Source of the DNA: Eledone cirrhosa
Taxonomy: Eukaryota
Assembly: GCA_964016885.1 (NCBI GenBank)
Contig: OZ024756.1
Span: forward strand, 39,618,001 to 39,682,000
Reading direction: 5' to 3'
DNA length: 64,000 bases
The notes under the pieces are model-generated. The model did not search any database. It was not told the origin of the DNA and saw nothing but the letters and a program-made list of their open reading frames with translations. Positions 40,845 to 54,565 of this stretch are shown here, piece by piece. The stretch's first letter is position 1. Every line of letters starts with the position of its first letter. The position numbers were made by a program, and so were the translations under genes.

Positions 40845-42505
40845 CAGCTGTGTGATAGGGTGTATATAGCTGTGTGTGATAGGGTGTATATAGCTGTGTG
40901 TGATAGAGTGTATATAGTTGTGTGTGATAGGGTGTATATAGCTGTGTGTGATAGGGTGTATATAGCTGTGTGTGATAGGGTGTATATAGCTGTGTGTGAT
41001 AGGGTGTATATAGCTGTGTGTGATAGTGTGTATATAGCTGTGTGTGATATGGTGTATACAGCTGTGTGTGATAGGGTGTATACAGCTGTGTGTGATAGGG
41101 TGTATATAGCTGTGTGGTGTGATGGGGTGTATATAGCTGTGTGATAGGGTGTATATAGTTGTGTGTGATAGGGTGTATACAGCTGTGTGTGATAGGGTGT
41201 ATACAGCTGTGTGTGATAGGGTGTATATAGCTGTGTGTGATAGGGTGTATACAGCTGTGTGTGATAGTGTGTATATAGCTGTGTGATAGGGTGTATATAG
41301 CTGTGTGTGATAGGGTGTATATAGCTGTGTGTGATAGGATGTATACAGCTGTGTGTGATAGTGTGTATATAGCTGTGTGATAGGGTGTATACAGCTGTGT
41401 GTGATAGTGTGTATATAGCTGTGTGATAGGGTGTATATAGCTGTGTGTGATAGTGTGTATATAGCTGTGTGTGATAGTGTGTATATAGCTGTGTGATAGG
41501 GTGTATATAGCTGTGTGTGATAGTGTGTATATAGCTGTGTGTGATAGGGTGTATATAGCTGTGTGTGATAGGGTGTATATAGCTGTGTGTGATAGTGTGT
41601 ATATAGCTGTGTGTGATAGGGTGTATACAGCTGTGTGTGATAGGGTGTATACAGCTGTGTGTGATAGGGTGTATATAGCTGTGTGGTGTGATGGGGTGTA
41701 TATAGCTGTGTGATAGGGTGTATATAGTTGTGTGTGATAGGGTGTATACAGCTGTGTGTGATAGGGTGTATACAGCTGTGTGTGATAGGGTGTATATAGC
41801 TGTGTGTGATAGGGTGTATACAGCTGTGTGTGATAGTGTGTATATAGCTGTGTGATAGGGTGTATATAGCTGTGTGTGATAGGGTGTATATAGCTGTGTG
41901 TGATAGGGTGTATATAGCTGTGTGATAGGGTGTATATAGCTGTGTGTGATAGTGTGTATATAGCTGTGTGTGATAGTGTGTATATAGCTGTGTGATAGGG
42001 TGTATACAGCTGTGTGTGATAGTGTGTATATAGCTGTGTGATAGGGTGTATATAGCTGTGTGTGATAGTGTGTATATAGCTGTGTGTGATAGTGTGTATA
42101 TAGCTGTGTGATAGGGTGTATATAGCTGTGTGTGATAGTGTGTATATAGCTGTGTGTGATAGGGTGTATATAGCTGTGTGTGATAGAGTGTATATAGTTG
42201 TGTGTGATAGGGTGTATATAGCTGTGTGTGATAGGGTGTATATAGCTGTGTGTGATAGGGTGTATATAGCTGTGTGTGATAGAGTGTATATAGCTGTGTG
42301 TGATAGTGTGTATATAGTTGTGTGTGATAGGGTGTATATAGCTGTGTGTGATAGGGTGTATATAGCTGTGTGTGATAGGGTGTATATAGCTGTGTGTGAT
42401 AGGGTGTATATAGCTGTGTGTGATAGGGTGTATATAGTTGTGTGTGATAGGGTGTATATAGCTGTGTGTGATAGGGTGTATACAGCTGTGTGATAGGGTG
42501 TATAT
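40845..42505. repeat. 24/22-bp minisatellite
   Basis: Unit agctgtgtgtgatagggtgtatat with variants. Confidence 0.95.
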
Positions 42506-42590
42506 ATATATATATATACCTGTGTAACTGTGTGTGATAGTGTGTATATATACATATAGCTGTGTAACTGTGTGTGATAGTGTATATATA

Positions 42591-42631
<41 letters not shown>

Positions 42632-42657
42632 CTGTGTAGCTGTGTAACTGTGGGTGA

Positions 42658-42801
<144 letters not shown>

Positions 42802-42945
42802 CTGTGTGGCTGTGTGTGAAAGTGTGTGTGACTATTAATACTTATATTTTAATATTAATAACTCCAGAATATTATTTACCGTTGAGTGCTTCCAATCTAC
42901 TGTAAAACTCATTCTTTGACATAATCATTGAATATTGTTTAACAC

Positions 42946-43051
<106 letters not shown>

Positions 43052-43084
43052 TACATGAATCAAAGTTCAGTTTAAATCATTTAT

Positions 43085-43134
43085 TTGCTTACAATTGTTT
43101 CCTCCAAACCGAGGTTTGAAATTCTTCGGAGCAA
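43085..43134 (-). ncRNA. Type-I HHR motif (C4 variant) just upstream of (TA)n
   Basis: Minus strand: UUGCU-CCGAAGA-auu UCAAACC uc GGUUUGG ag-GAAA-CAAUUG-UA-AGCAA. Perfect 5-bp stem I and palindromic stem III. Confidence 0.75.
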
Positions 43135-43744
43135 TTATTTAGTGATTTTTTACATACTTGACCTCCTTTTCAACACAAGAGACATATAGAAACATATGTA
43201 TATATTGACCCACAGTGGGTTGACATCCATCATAATAATATAGCATGGCAATTTACATACAAAGGTTACAGTCATATTAAAGGACAAAATTAAAGTTAAA
43301 ATTAAAATAAAAATAAAAATAAAACATTGGCAGTTTATGAAGATAAAGCAAGAGGAAAGTTTAGAGTAGTCAGTGTATGTAACAGTCTCACGTGTGGCAT
43401 GCACGCGTGTCTTATTTATACAGGATTATAGTGCGGCAGATTGTTACATGTAAAACAAGCAGTTAAAGCAGGCAATCAATAGCATCATGGGGGCTGTATT
43501 GTTAAAGTATTTTTCACACACACCTGTACTATATATAAGCCCGAAATATCAAAAATATCAAAAATATCAAAAATATCAAAAATATTACAAATGAGAAGCA
43601 AAACAGCACCACTGCTCTGTAAAACAACTGATGTTGTTACATTGAGCTATTTATCTTACTGGTAATAAGATAGTATTTAGGGTTTAAAATATATATAACT
43701 ATAAAAGGTTTTATTATATACATAACCATAAATAGTATCCTTAA

Positions 43745-43820
<76 letters not shown>

Positions 43821-43826
<6 letters not shown>

Positions 43827-44652
43827 ATTGTTATTACTCTTTGAGTCTCAGTCATTGATGTTAGTTAACTGGAAAGTTTGTTGAAATGAATATCAAGCCA
43901 CTACCTGCAGCCTCAGATATTCAGGACGTATCGGAGGGTTCTTGCTGTTCCCAGTAAGCATGTCTTTTGAAGCGTTCCAAAAACGGTGGCGGGGCAAATT
44001 TTCTTTAACCATCCCTGGAAACTTTTTGAGATAGTACCTAGTGCGCCTATGATAATCGGGACCACTTTGACTTCATGGCAGTTCCAAATCCTTTTTACCT
44101 CCCACTTTAGGTCCTGGTATCGGTTAATTTTCTTCCTCTCCTTCTCTTGTACTCTCGTGTCGAATGGGCAGGCCACATCCACAATCAGGCACGATCTTTT
44201 TTCCTTGTCCAAAACCACCAGGTCTGGTCTATTGTGTTCCAGTTTCTTGTCCGTCTGTATCCTAAAATCCCACAGCACCTTCACCTGATCGTTTTCTATC
44301 ACCGACTCTGGCTTATGCTCATACCACTTCTCAGAATTGTTTACTTTGCATAGGTGCCCGTGGATCACCCTGCCCATCATGTCTCCAGCCCCTATAATGA
44401 GTCTGGGCTAGGTGTTTACACTCGGATACAATGTGAGCCACAGTCTCCTCTCTCTCTACACAGATCCTGCGCAGTGGGCTAGCCTCCTCCTTGTAACTAT
44501 GGTGTTTCAACCACTTTGTTTTGAGGGCCTGCTCTTGCGCAGCCATTAGCATTCCTTCTGTAGCCTTTTTAAGGTCTCCTCTTTTCAATCAGTTCCATGT
44601 CTGTGGATCTCTGAATTCAGTTTTCTCAAAGAAGGTACTATGAAGGGATTTT

Positions 44653-44655
<3 letters not shown>
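43821..44655 (-). mobile_element. R4/Dong-like LINE 3' fragment (zinc knuckle + RLE endonuclease), frameshifted
   Basis: EGMLMAAQEQAL..RIC...EETVAHIVSEC; KWYEHKP..LWDFRIQTD...NRPDLVV..IVDVACP...PIIIGALG...LLGTARTLR*. Degenerate (AAT)n tail. Confidence 0.9.
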
Positions 44656-44687
<32 letters not shown>

Positions 44688-45117
44688 GTTGTTATTCCTT
44701 GAATCTCAGTCATTAATGTTGGTTAACTGGAAAGTCCGTTGGATTGAATATCAAGCCACTACCTGCAGCCTCAGATATTCAGGACGTATCGGAGGGTTCT
44801 TGCTGTTCCAAGCAAGCATGCCTTTTGAAGCGTTCCAAAAAGCGTGAAGGGGCCGATTTTCTTTAACCATCCCTGGAAACTTTTGGAGATAGTCCCCAGT
44901 GCGCCTATGACAATCGGGATCACTTTGACTTCATGGCAGTTCCACATCCTTTTCACCTCCCACTATAGGTCCTGGTATCGGTTAATTTTCTCCCTCTCCT
45001 TCTCTTGCACTCTCGTGTCGAACGGGCAGGCCACATCCACAATCAGACACGATCTTTTTTCTTTGTCCACAACCACCAGGTCAGGTCTATTGTGTTCCAG
45101 TTTTTTGTCCGTCTGTA
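44655..45117 (-). mobile_element. R4/Dong-like LINE 3' fragment, same family, second copy
   Basis: IQTDKKLEHNRPDLVVVD...; same 3'UTR as the first copy, with (AAT)n on both sides. Confidence 0.9.
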
Positions 45118-45119
<2 letters not shown>

Positions 45120-45165
<46 letters not shown>

Positions 45166-45615
45166 AGTTGCATTTATCTTGCTTTATCTTCATACGAGTT
45201 ATCACCAAGTCACAACCAGTGATCTCAAGAGACAACAAGGTCCGCCATGTTCAAGAAAGAACATACATACACACACATGCATCTTTAGGTGTTTAGACTT
45301 GTGATGTAATTATATTGACATAATCTTCCTTAGTATATGGGCAGTTCCCATTAGTACTATCTTTTGTATTTCTCCTATACGCGGGTTTCCTGGGATTTGC
45401 GATAAGTAATCATTAGACCCCTTAGGTATCATTCCTAGAGCGCTACAACCACTGGTATTGTTTTAGTTCTCAATTTCCACATTTTTCCAATTTCTATCTC
45501 CAGGTCCTTATACTTGCTCAATTTTTCAAATGTTTTTATAGATACATTCTTGTCTATTGGAACGGACATATCAATTAGCAGGCATACCTTATTATTATGC
45601 CTATGAAAGGCATAC
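45120..45615 (-). mobile_element. R4/Dong-like LINE 3' fragment, different family
   Basis: CLLIDMSVPIDKN...EKLSKYKDLEIEI.KMW..KTIPVVVAL..EIQKIVLMGTAHILRK. (AAT)n tail at 45120-45162. Confidence 0.85.
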
Positions 45616-45616
45616 C

Positions 45617-45704
45617 TTTGCGTTTCATCTTTACGGGGTCGATAAAATAAAGTACCAGTAATGCACTGGGTAATTGCTGGCCTTGTGCCAAAAGTAGAAA
45701 CAAT

Positions 45705-45710
<6 letters not shown>
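45617..45710 (+). mobile_element. SINE S1 3' half
   Basis: tttcatctttacggggtcgataaaataaagtacc...gtagaaacaattattat. Confidence 0.8.
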
Positions 45711-45740
<30 letters not shown>

Positions 45741-45769
45741 CAGGTCGGAACACAATGGAACCAAACTAT

Positions 45770-45910
45770 TGTCCTATTATCAATGCCTCCGTCGTCTCTC
45801 CTGTTGCCTTCATCTCTCACTATCAAATGGGGGCCCACGCGCTGCCCGCCCTGCGACCCCGGCGGACAGAATAGAGAAGATGTTACCCCGGAGGATGGTG
45901 AGGGAGACTT
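45770..45910 (-). mobile_element. CRE-like LINE 3' stub
   Basis: SLTILRGNIFSILSAG, homologous to 5968-6032. Confidence 0.55.
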
Positions 45911-46174
45911 AAATTGACGAATACATAATTATTAGACAGGATTGGTATGCCACAGTTTATGTCAAGGCCGATCCTTAGGATTAGAAGAACAATTTATTTA
46001 TTTGCCAGACTTCCACGCAGTCTTCATCTGCCCAATTTAACTTATAAGGGCCTGTTGAACCAGTGGCGGCATTAAAAGACACATGCCTAAGATGTTACCC
46101 GGTGAAACAGACCCAGGGCATTATGACTACGAGACGAACCTCTTATCCATGTGACCATGTCTGTGTCGATATTG

Positions 46175-46720
46175 TACAGAGTGTCCCTAACTCGGGACAC
46201 AGACAAAATACATATTTCCAACAAAAAAAATAATTCAAAAATATTTTATTTAATTGAATTATTAATAAATAAAAGGGTGTTGGATTGGCAGTATCGGTAG
46301 AGGGTCGGATGCGATGCTTTTCAGCATAGAGTTACGGCCCTTTATTATCTGAATTCAAATCCCGCCGAGGTTAACTTTGCCTTTCATCCTTACGGGGTCG
46401 ATAAAATAAAGTACCAGTAATACACTGGGATAATTGCTAGCCTTGTGACAAAAGTAGAAACAATTATTAATAAATAACATCTTCAATGTGATTTCCAACA
46501 TTTGTAATGCAAAGTTCGATGTACTTTACGAGATTGATATGAACTCGATGTATTAACTCTACATTTCTGTTCAGACACTCAGTAGTAGTACAAAAAGAAG
46601 GAAGGAAATTTTGTCTCTATGAAGACACATCAAACAGCCTTACGACCAATTATCTTCTAAATGTTCCCATCACACCATTTTCCTTGGCACAGTGTATCTA
46701 ATACCATATTATTCAGTGTC
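46175..46720 (-). mobile_element. Tc1/mariner remnant interrupted by an S1 SINE
   Basis: TA-CAGAGTGTCCC TIR-like end at 46175. Minus frame 46466-46580 ELIHRVHINLVKYIELCITNVGNHIEDVIY* resembles a transposase C-terminus (C....G.H.E). Confidence 0.55.
46281..46470 (+). mobile_element. SINE family S1
   Basis: Full-length copy with A- and B-boxes and the Nin-like domain. Confidence 0.85.
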
Positions 46721-47542
46721 GCCTTTAAAATAAATTGGTTTTATCTGGAGGAGATCTGAAGAAGATCTGAAAGAGATTTGACTTCTATATCTTACATGTG
46801 GATTAATTATGTAACGTCTCTCTCGTCGGTCCAGTTAAGCGGATAATAAACAGAAATGAAATCTCTATGGAATAACCAGTTAAGAGAGTAAATAGAAAAA
46901 TATTATGAGAAAGCAGTTGAAAATATGTTTATAATGATAGGTGCGAAGACATGAAATACTGAATATCTGACTATATATTTCTTAATTTAATACATACATG
47001 TCATAATTATCTCTAATATCATATGACAACTGACACATATCAAAGGAATAACTTTAACTTTTATTATTTTCGATATATGATTGTGTTTTTCGATATATGA
47101 TTGTGTTTTTCGATATATGATTGTGTTAAATTGAATATCAGTAATCATTTTCGTTGCATTGTACGAATAGTTTAATATTAAATATAATATTCTGAGAAGA
47201 GAAACTGCATGTTAAAGTATATATTGAATATATTAACACCTACAGTAATATCGCTTTCTTTTAAAGTACTGACTATACTCTACATGAAATAAGGTGTTGT
47301 GGAGTTAATATTATTTCCAAATCCGTTGGCATTGAAATTTAAATTTAAGTAAATTCGAGTGTTAAGAAAATTGTAATAGTTGTACTGAGAGATTACAATA
47401 TTCGTCTTATTTTCACCCAACCACTTTAAGACCAGCGTTTATCTATTAAAAAGTTATATCGGAATGTTGTGATGAAGAAAGTTATTGGGTTCAAAGTTTC
47501 AAGAAACAAAATCACTGGGTAACATCATTTGACGAGAGGAAC

Positions 47543-47583
<41 letters not shown>

Positions 47584-47701
47584 GCCAAGAGGCTAAGCCA
47601 TCGAAAAAGCTAGATTAAGTGTCAATTTATATGAAGGGCAAAGACCCCCTTCGCTCACGAATAACCCTGGGATTTGCACCGAGAAAGCTCTCTTCCGAGG
47701 C

Positions 47702-47784
<83 letters not shown>

Positions 47785-47806
47785 CCTGTCTCTCTCTCTC
47801 TCTTTC

Positions 47807-47842
<36 letters not shown>

Positions 47843-48659
47843 CATGGCCTTCATAACAATACATGGTGGCAGTTTATTAAACCTATTAAACGGAATTGTT
47901 TTGTTTTCTTTTTGGTTCTACTGACTTTTTTTTAAATATAATATTGTTGTTGTTATTGTAGTTTCCCTTCTTGTTTGACTGTATTTGATGTTGTTTGTTG
48001 TTGATTTGGATGGAAGGTTTATTTTTTGAAATATTTGAAGGTTTCTTAATGAAAACGGAAGTAAATATTAATATATTAATGAATATAGAAAAGTCATTTC
48101 AGAACTGTTACATATTTTAACATTTTGCTTTCTAATTTTATTTCCCGTTTTCTCAAATGAGTTGATACTTTAAAATTGTGCACTTGAAACTAATTATTTG
48201 CTGATATTTTTCGAATTGGTTAATAAATAAATGATTATGTTGTCGCGAATTCTGAAGAACAAATAACATTTGCCAGTCTTTTATATTAATAATTACTCGA
48301 TCGAATTGCATTTAAATAGCTTATTTGCCATCAAAGATCAAGTGGCATAACGTGTACGGTTCAAATACTGTTGGTGATTTGTGTTTGTGACTTCTAAATA
48401 TATTAAATTTATAGAAGTTTTGTTGTCATTTAATAGAATTTAGGCATACTTGTTTATATATATATATATGTGTGTATATATACATATATGTGTGTGTGTG
48501 TGTATATATATATATTTATATATATATATATGTATGTATGTATGTATCTCAAAAGAGAACGTATATGATATATAGTGATCATGCGGTTATAGATATATGT
48601 GTATGTGTCTCTGTGTGTGTATGTATATAGTAGTAATTTATATATATATATATATATAA

Positions 48660-48736
<77 letters not shown>

Positions 48737-48741
<5 letters not shown>

Positions 48742-49030
48742 TAATATTTGATGAACATTTACATGTTTTAGTTGCAATTGACTAATAAGATCGCTAGAGT
48801 GAAACATCTTAATTCAACAACATAAAGTCTGCCTGTACGATCTAAAAAATAATAAATCAATACTCACAGACTCATATGGGCAAAAAGCCTTGAGTCTGTG
48901 AGTATTGATTTATTATTTTTTAGATCGTACAGGCAGACTTTATGTTGTTGAATTAAGATTTTTCACTCTAGCGATCTTATTAGTCAATTGCAACTATAAC
49001 ATGTAAATGTTCATCAAATATTAATTTATA
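48737..49030. repeat. Fold-back element (arms of about 135 bp, spacer of about 16 bp) abutting (TA)n
   Basis: 48737-48874 versus 48891-49030, with about two mismatches. Confidence 0.85.
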
Positions 49031-49096
49031 CTGCTCAGAAGCGATTCCTAGAGCTGAAATGATTGTAAATGACCTCTTTGAGTCTAAACTCTAAGC

Positions 49097-49133
<37 letters not shown>

Positions 49134-49387
49134 AAACATACCGTATTTCTTTAGAAATACGAAATTTCTATACATCTCTGTATACAGCTATGTTTGAAGC
49201 TAAATCCGATATATATATATATTAGTATATATTATGTGGTGTATATATATAGCAAAGTTGAAAACGGAAAACGTACAAATTATATCTAATTTTACATAGT
49301 TTATAATATTAAGTAATAAACATTATTTATCTTTCACAGTTTATAATAGTAATAAAAAATATTAAATATGAAATATTAAATATTAAA

Positions 49388-49575
49388 TAACTGTTTCTAC
49401 TTTAGGCACAAGGCCAGCAATTACCCAGTGCATTACTGGTACTTTATTTTATCGACCCCGTAAGGATGAAAGGCAAAGTCAACCTCGGCGGGATTTGAAC
49501 TCAGATCGTAAAGGGACGTAACTATGCTGGAAAGCATGGCGTCCGACCCGCTACTGATACTGCCAATCCACTGCC
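49388..49575 (-). mobile_element. SINE family S1
   Basis: Same motifs as 268-458. Confidence 0.85.
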
Positions 49576-49746
49576 CTTATTAAATATTAAATAACGTTTA
49601 TCAACCAACAGCTTACTATCTTACCGGCTTTCGTACTTCCAGAGCTAGTCATATTATTTAGTTTATATATGTTTTGTAATAGGATAAAAACGAGAGAACA
49701 TTTATGAGATTTGAAATTAATGATCGACTTTTTGGTTGAACTTGCA

Positions 49747-49941
49747 GGCGGTAGATTGGCAGAGTCAGTAGAGCATCAGACACCTTGCTTTACAGCATAG
49801 AGTTAGGGTGCTTTACGTTCTGAGTTCAAATGCCGCCGAGGTTAGCTCTGCCTTTCATCCTTACGGGGTCGATAAAATAAAGTATCAGTAATGTACTGGG
49901 ATAATTGCTGGCCTTGTGCCAAATATAGAAACAATTATTAT
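49747..49941 (+). mobile_element. SINE family S1
   Basis: Same motifs, head-to-head with the previous copy. Confidence 0.85.
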
Positions 49942-50382
49942 CAAGTGTACTACATTATTACCCACTGTACTACAATATTATCAAATGTACTACAATAGTG
50001 GTACCAAATGCAGTGCTGAAGTTTCTAAAGGCAGAAAAACAATTAGCTTGTAATTAATTTGTTTTTACAATTAACAAATATATTTAGTTTACTTGTTAAT
50101 GAAATTAGCGCCAAGGAATATTTACAAATGCAAAGAGTTGGAAGAGAATACAAGATTTTTAATGAGTGGCACTAAGAAAAGTAATTCAGTGCATAATTGC
50201 CCTAATAAGAATTTGATTAAGAGACGAAGATATTGATATTTTATACAGGTTTCTGATTTTGGCACGAAGCCAACAATTTTTTGAGGAGGGGAAATTCGAA
50301 AGTGGAAATTAGAAAATGTTTTTATCTCTCATATATATATATCCAGAAAATGTATAAATACCACCATATTACTTGGACAGTC

Positions 50383-50520
50383 GGCTTCCTGATGATTTCT
50401 CCCGAATAAAACAGTTCTAGTCCTGTAGAAGCCATTTCTATATTAAATATTTATACTATACTCTGCTATGGATTGAGTACCTTACTTACTGTAGTTCCCT
50501 CGATTGAACCCGGGATAAAC
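50383..50520 (+). mobile_element. Family B single arm
   Basis: GGCUUC-CUGAUGA-...-aAAA-CAG..CUG-UA-GAAGCC (G12 mutated). It ends gggataaac before (AT)n. Confidence 0.75.
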
Positions 50521-50523
50521 ACA

Positions 50524-50580
<57 letters not shown>

Positions 50581-52510
50581 GCATACATATATATACACAT
50601 ACATATATATCGATATATATGTGTGTATGCATCCATGTATGTATATATCTATGTATGTATTCATATATTCATAGATGTGTGTGTGTGTGTGTGTGTGAAT
50701 ATTTATATATGCATACATACCGTTTCTGTGACGTTGTGTTAACCAAACTGCTTGGAGGTATATGTCTTTCTGACAGCTGGAATACTAGCTAGCGTGTCAG
50801 ATTTAAAGTAAAGTTATCTTCAATATTTAATCTAATTTCACATCATATAATTTTAGTTTGAATAGAACCATTTTAGTATGAATGCCTCTCTATTTAAGAA
50901 TATTCACGCATTTTTTGTGATTATATTCTTGCGATATCTTCTAGTGAAGCATTTAAACTTTAGCTTTAACTATCTAAAGTTAGGTTTACTTAAATATTAC
51001 GATAATTTAGTTTGGTTAAGAGCGTCTAGAAAACAGCAGGAGAGAGCTAGAACCAGCAAACTTATTACAAAGAAATTAATATATATGTGATCACTATTTG
51101 ATGTTGTAATTCTAATAAATTGCCTTTTATATCTTTTAATGACTGGTTCTACTTCTACTGAAGAGATATACGAAAACTTAAGCAACTAGATATATAAATG
51201 TACTCGCAGGCATCTATTTACTTCATCGTTGAAATATGTAGAGATACACATTCACATATCAAGCATATACACTTCATAAGTCTTGTACATGAGTCAGACA
51301 TTTAGTATAAATAGATACATTCACACACACGTTGACTCATACAAGCACGTACATTTGTGTTACATATACTACACTCATTTAGACATATAGAAATACATAC
51401 ACCAGAATACTACACATACATACATATATAAATACATACACTAGACTACTACACATACATATATAAATACATACACTAGAATATTACACATACACACACA
51501 TATACATATCTACACTCATTTAGACATATATAAATACATACACCAGAATACTACACATACATATATATATACATACCCACTTACACACAGACTCGTTCAC
51601 TCATACTAGCACATACACTCATGTTACATGTAATACATCCATTCATTCTTATACGATAAAATCAATTATTTTTAAGCTTGTAGCAATTAAATTGACAGTT
51701 TTTCTCATCCTATCATCAGATTCATTTGAAAAAATATTTTCTTATTATATAACTGGGTATATACTGTACTTGTTAAGTTGTACATAAATCATTCTTCAAT
51801 GCTTCTTATTCAGCATACTCGTTTAATGAGGTCATATGAGAATAAATGGTATTTAGCTACTTCATCAAATTCACTTTGAACTTACAGACTTACAGAATTC
51901 CAAATAAATCTCTTGAATTTCCCTGTGTTCTGTCATATAGTGACGCATGTATAAATGGTTAGTTTCACTTACAGATATTCGCTCCCTGTGTAACTAGTGT
52001 TGTAGATTAACCAGTGAAACTGTAAATCAAAGGTAGAAAAGTAAAAGTTAGGAACAAAGAATAGTTTCGCCATGAATCGTGTTACATCGTAGTCTTGCTA
52101 TTCAGCGGTCCTCACACATATAGGAATTTACGAGAATATATTCTTATACATTTACCATCTAATATATAGAAGTGTGAACAGTTAATTTCAATGTTCTTTG
52201 AAAGGATGTTTGGTGTTGTACGTTGAAACGTTAAAATAAAGATAGATTTGCATCAAAACTGTTAGTCAGATTTAAATAGATTTCGCTGTAGATTTAGTAA
52301 TTCAATTTAAGTGTTTACATCTCCATGTATTATTTTATCTGGTTAATGATAAAGTATTAAATAAATGAAACAAAATATTAAGACAGAAATACTAACAACA
52401 ACAATAACATCAAGAGAAATGGAGAGGAAGGAATCGTATGAACAAGCCATAAATATTGGTGCTTTAAAATGGAGCAGCATATTGGATCTAACTAGAAATT
52501 AGCATCTTCC

Positions 52511-52695
52511 CACCTCAACTAGAAGCAGTCTACACTGCCACCCTTGACCACCACACCTCAACTAGAAGCAGTCTACACTGCCACCCTTGACCACCACATC
52601 TCAACTAGAAGCAGTCTACACTACTCTCCTTGACCACCACACTGCAACTAAAAGCAGTCTACACTACCACCCTTGACCACCACAACTCAACTGGA
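52511..52695. repeat. 43-bp tandem repeat, about 4 copies
   Basis: Unit cctcaactagaagcagtctacactgccacccttgaccaccaca. Confidence 0.85.
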
Positions 52696-52859
52696 ACCAT
52701 TTCACAACACCACAATTTAACATATAAACAAATGATTTGAAGATCCAAAACGGAGAAACCAGGCTTTGCTAAATTCAATTTTTTTATACATGTTATAAAG
52801 ATCCTTTTTATAGATACCTGATGCGGTTTTCGAATCCCATTCTTTAAATCAGATTTTAG

Positions 52860-53096
52860 AGGAGACTTAGGTTAGCTGGTAATGCTCACCGACATCCAGA
52901 GTTGACATTGCACTCAGTGCTCTTGTGGGAGCCCCTACTTGGACACACTGGAAGACCAAGGTTAACGTATGTTGATGCCCTAAGGACAGACTCTGGTCTG
53001 TTGGAGACGTGGAGACGCAGGACATGGCAGCGATAATGAGGGACAGAGACCGCTGGAGAGAACTTGTCCATGGATCTCGGGAATTTTACTCGCCCT

Positions 53097-53099
<3 letters not shown>
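52860..53099 (+). mobile_element. RTE-clade LINE 3' fragment
   Basis: RRLRLAGNAHRHPEL...LLWEP..GRPRLTYVD...MRDRDRWR. Confidence 0.75.
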
Positions 53100-53168
<69 letters not shown>

Positions 53169-54069
53169 GTGTATATAATCGACATGCATTAGAGTTTGGT
53201 GGAGAAAGCGAAAATTACTTATTCTTCCTATAAAACACTGGGTTATTTATTAGCTTATATAATAGTTTATGTATAAATATTTCTTTAAATTTTGTATATT
53301 TCTATTATAGTGAGTTGTTGAAACACAAGTAAAAATGTAGCGTTTTTCATGTGAAATATGATTATTATTATTGGGGTGGGGGTAAAAACAGCATATAGAA
53401 AAGAACTAAATACATTTTGTCACTTCGATTTCCATTACGGCTTAACATTTTATATGAATGCGTAAGTAAAATAGCTAATATCTAAAGATGTTTGTTTTTT
53501 TTCTAAAATACATTATCACAACAGAGAAAAAAATATACAAAGGAACACCTGTTTGAAAAAGCAACGAAATTTAAGAAGTTAAACAAGTTATTTTCAATTT
53601 ATTTACAACAGTTTTTTTTTCTTCTTCAATCTTTTTTTATTTTATTTTACATTTTTTTTTTTTTCTTTTAAATAAATTCCTCCAAACTTACTTACTCGTG
53701 TAGGTGTGTTTCGGTTCTGAAGGCAGCATGTACCAAATAATAGGTGTGATGAAAACTAAAGACAGGATTTCAGTGAATAAAAGATTTGATTTTAGATTCA
53801 CTGTTAAAAGTAGATGGAATCAACATTTTTATAAAAATATATCAAGTTTAGGTTTCTTTACCTTCCATAGTGAATTACCGCTGGTGCCAACAAGTCTAAA
53901 TGATAAGTTAAGTTAGTAACTGAACAAAGTCTTGTATTATGAGTTCAATTTCTTTGTAGGAGTTTGTGGTGTCTGTCAGTTGGGTAATTTCTATAACAAA
54001 CCTCATTTCCACTACATTAAAGGAATAAGTTCCTGAATAAGCTATCTGATATATACTGTTGCTGTTACA

Positions 54070-54186
54070 GAGCAGCATGAAATAAAGTGTCTTGCTCAAG
54101 AAACAACATATCACCCGGTCCGAGAATTGAACTCACAACCTTTCGATTGCAAGTCCAATGCTCTAACCACTAAGCATGCGCCTTCA
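54070..54186 (-). mobile_element. SINE family S2 5' part
   Basis: Reverse complement of 17703-17820. Confidence 0.8.
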
Positions 54187-54329
54187 TACTATTGTTGATA
54201 TATACTAACATTTTGTAGTCTATACTAACATTTAAAATGTAATTACGTCTTCCAGCCAAACAGAACGCACAAGTCCCTCCTCTCTCTCATGGTGATGTAC
54301 ACAGTTACCCTCCACCCAGTTACATTACA

Positions 54330-54565
54330 TGTGAAGGCGCATGGCTTAGTTGTTAAAGCATTGGGCTTGCAATCGAAAGGTTGTGAAATCAATTCTCGGA
54401 TCGGGTGATGTGTTGTTTCCTTGAGCAAAACACTTTATTTCAGTTTACTCAGCTGTAGAAATGAGATGATAGGACTGGGGCCCCTATCATCAAATCACCC
54501 AAGACACCTCCAGCGAGATATACCTTGGAGGAGGCCAGCTAAACCTGCATAGGTGTGAGCTGTAA
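54330..54565 (+). mobile_element. SINE family S2
   Basis: Near-identical to 17702-17945. Confidence 0.85.

Noticed and set aside
46752-46795. CUGAAGA-agaucu-GAAA HHR-like match (similar weak ones at about 28225 and 51158)
   Set aside because: Stem I/III register is imperfect, each is single-copy and none is next to (TA)n. This is compatible with chance.
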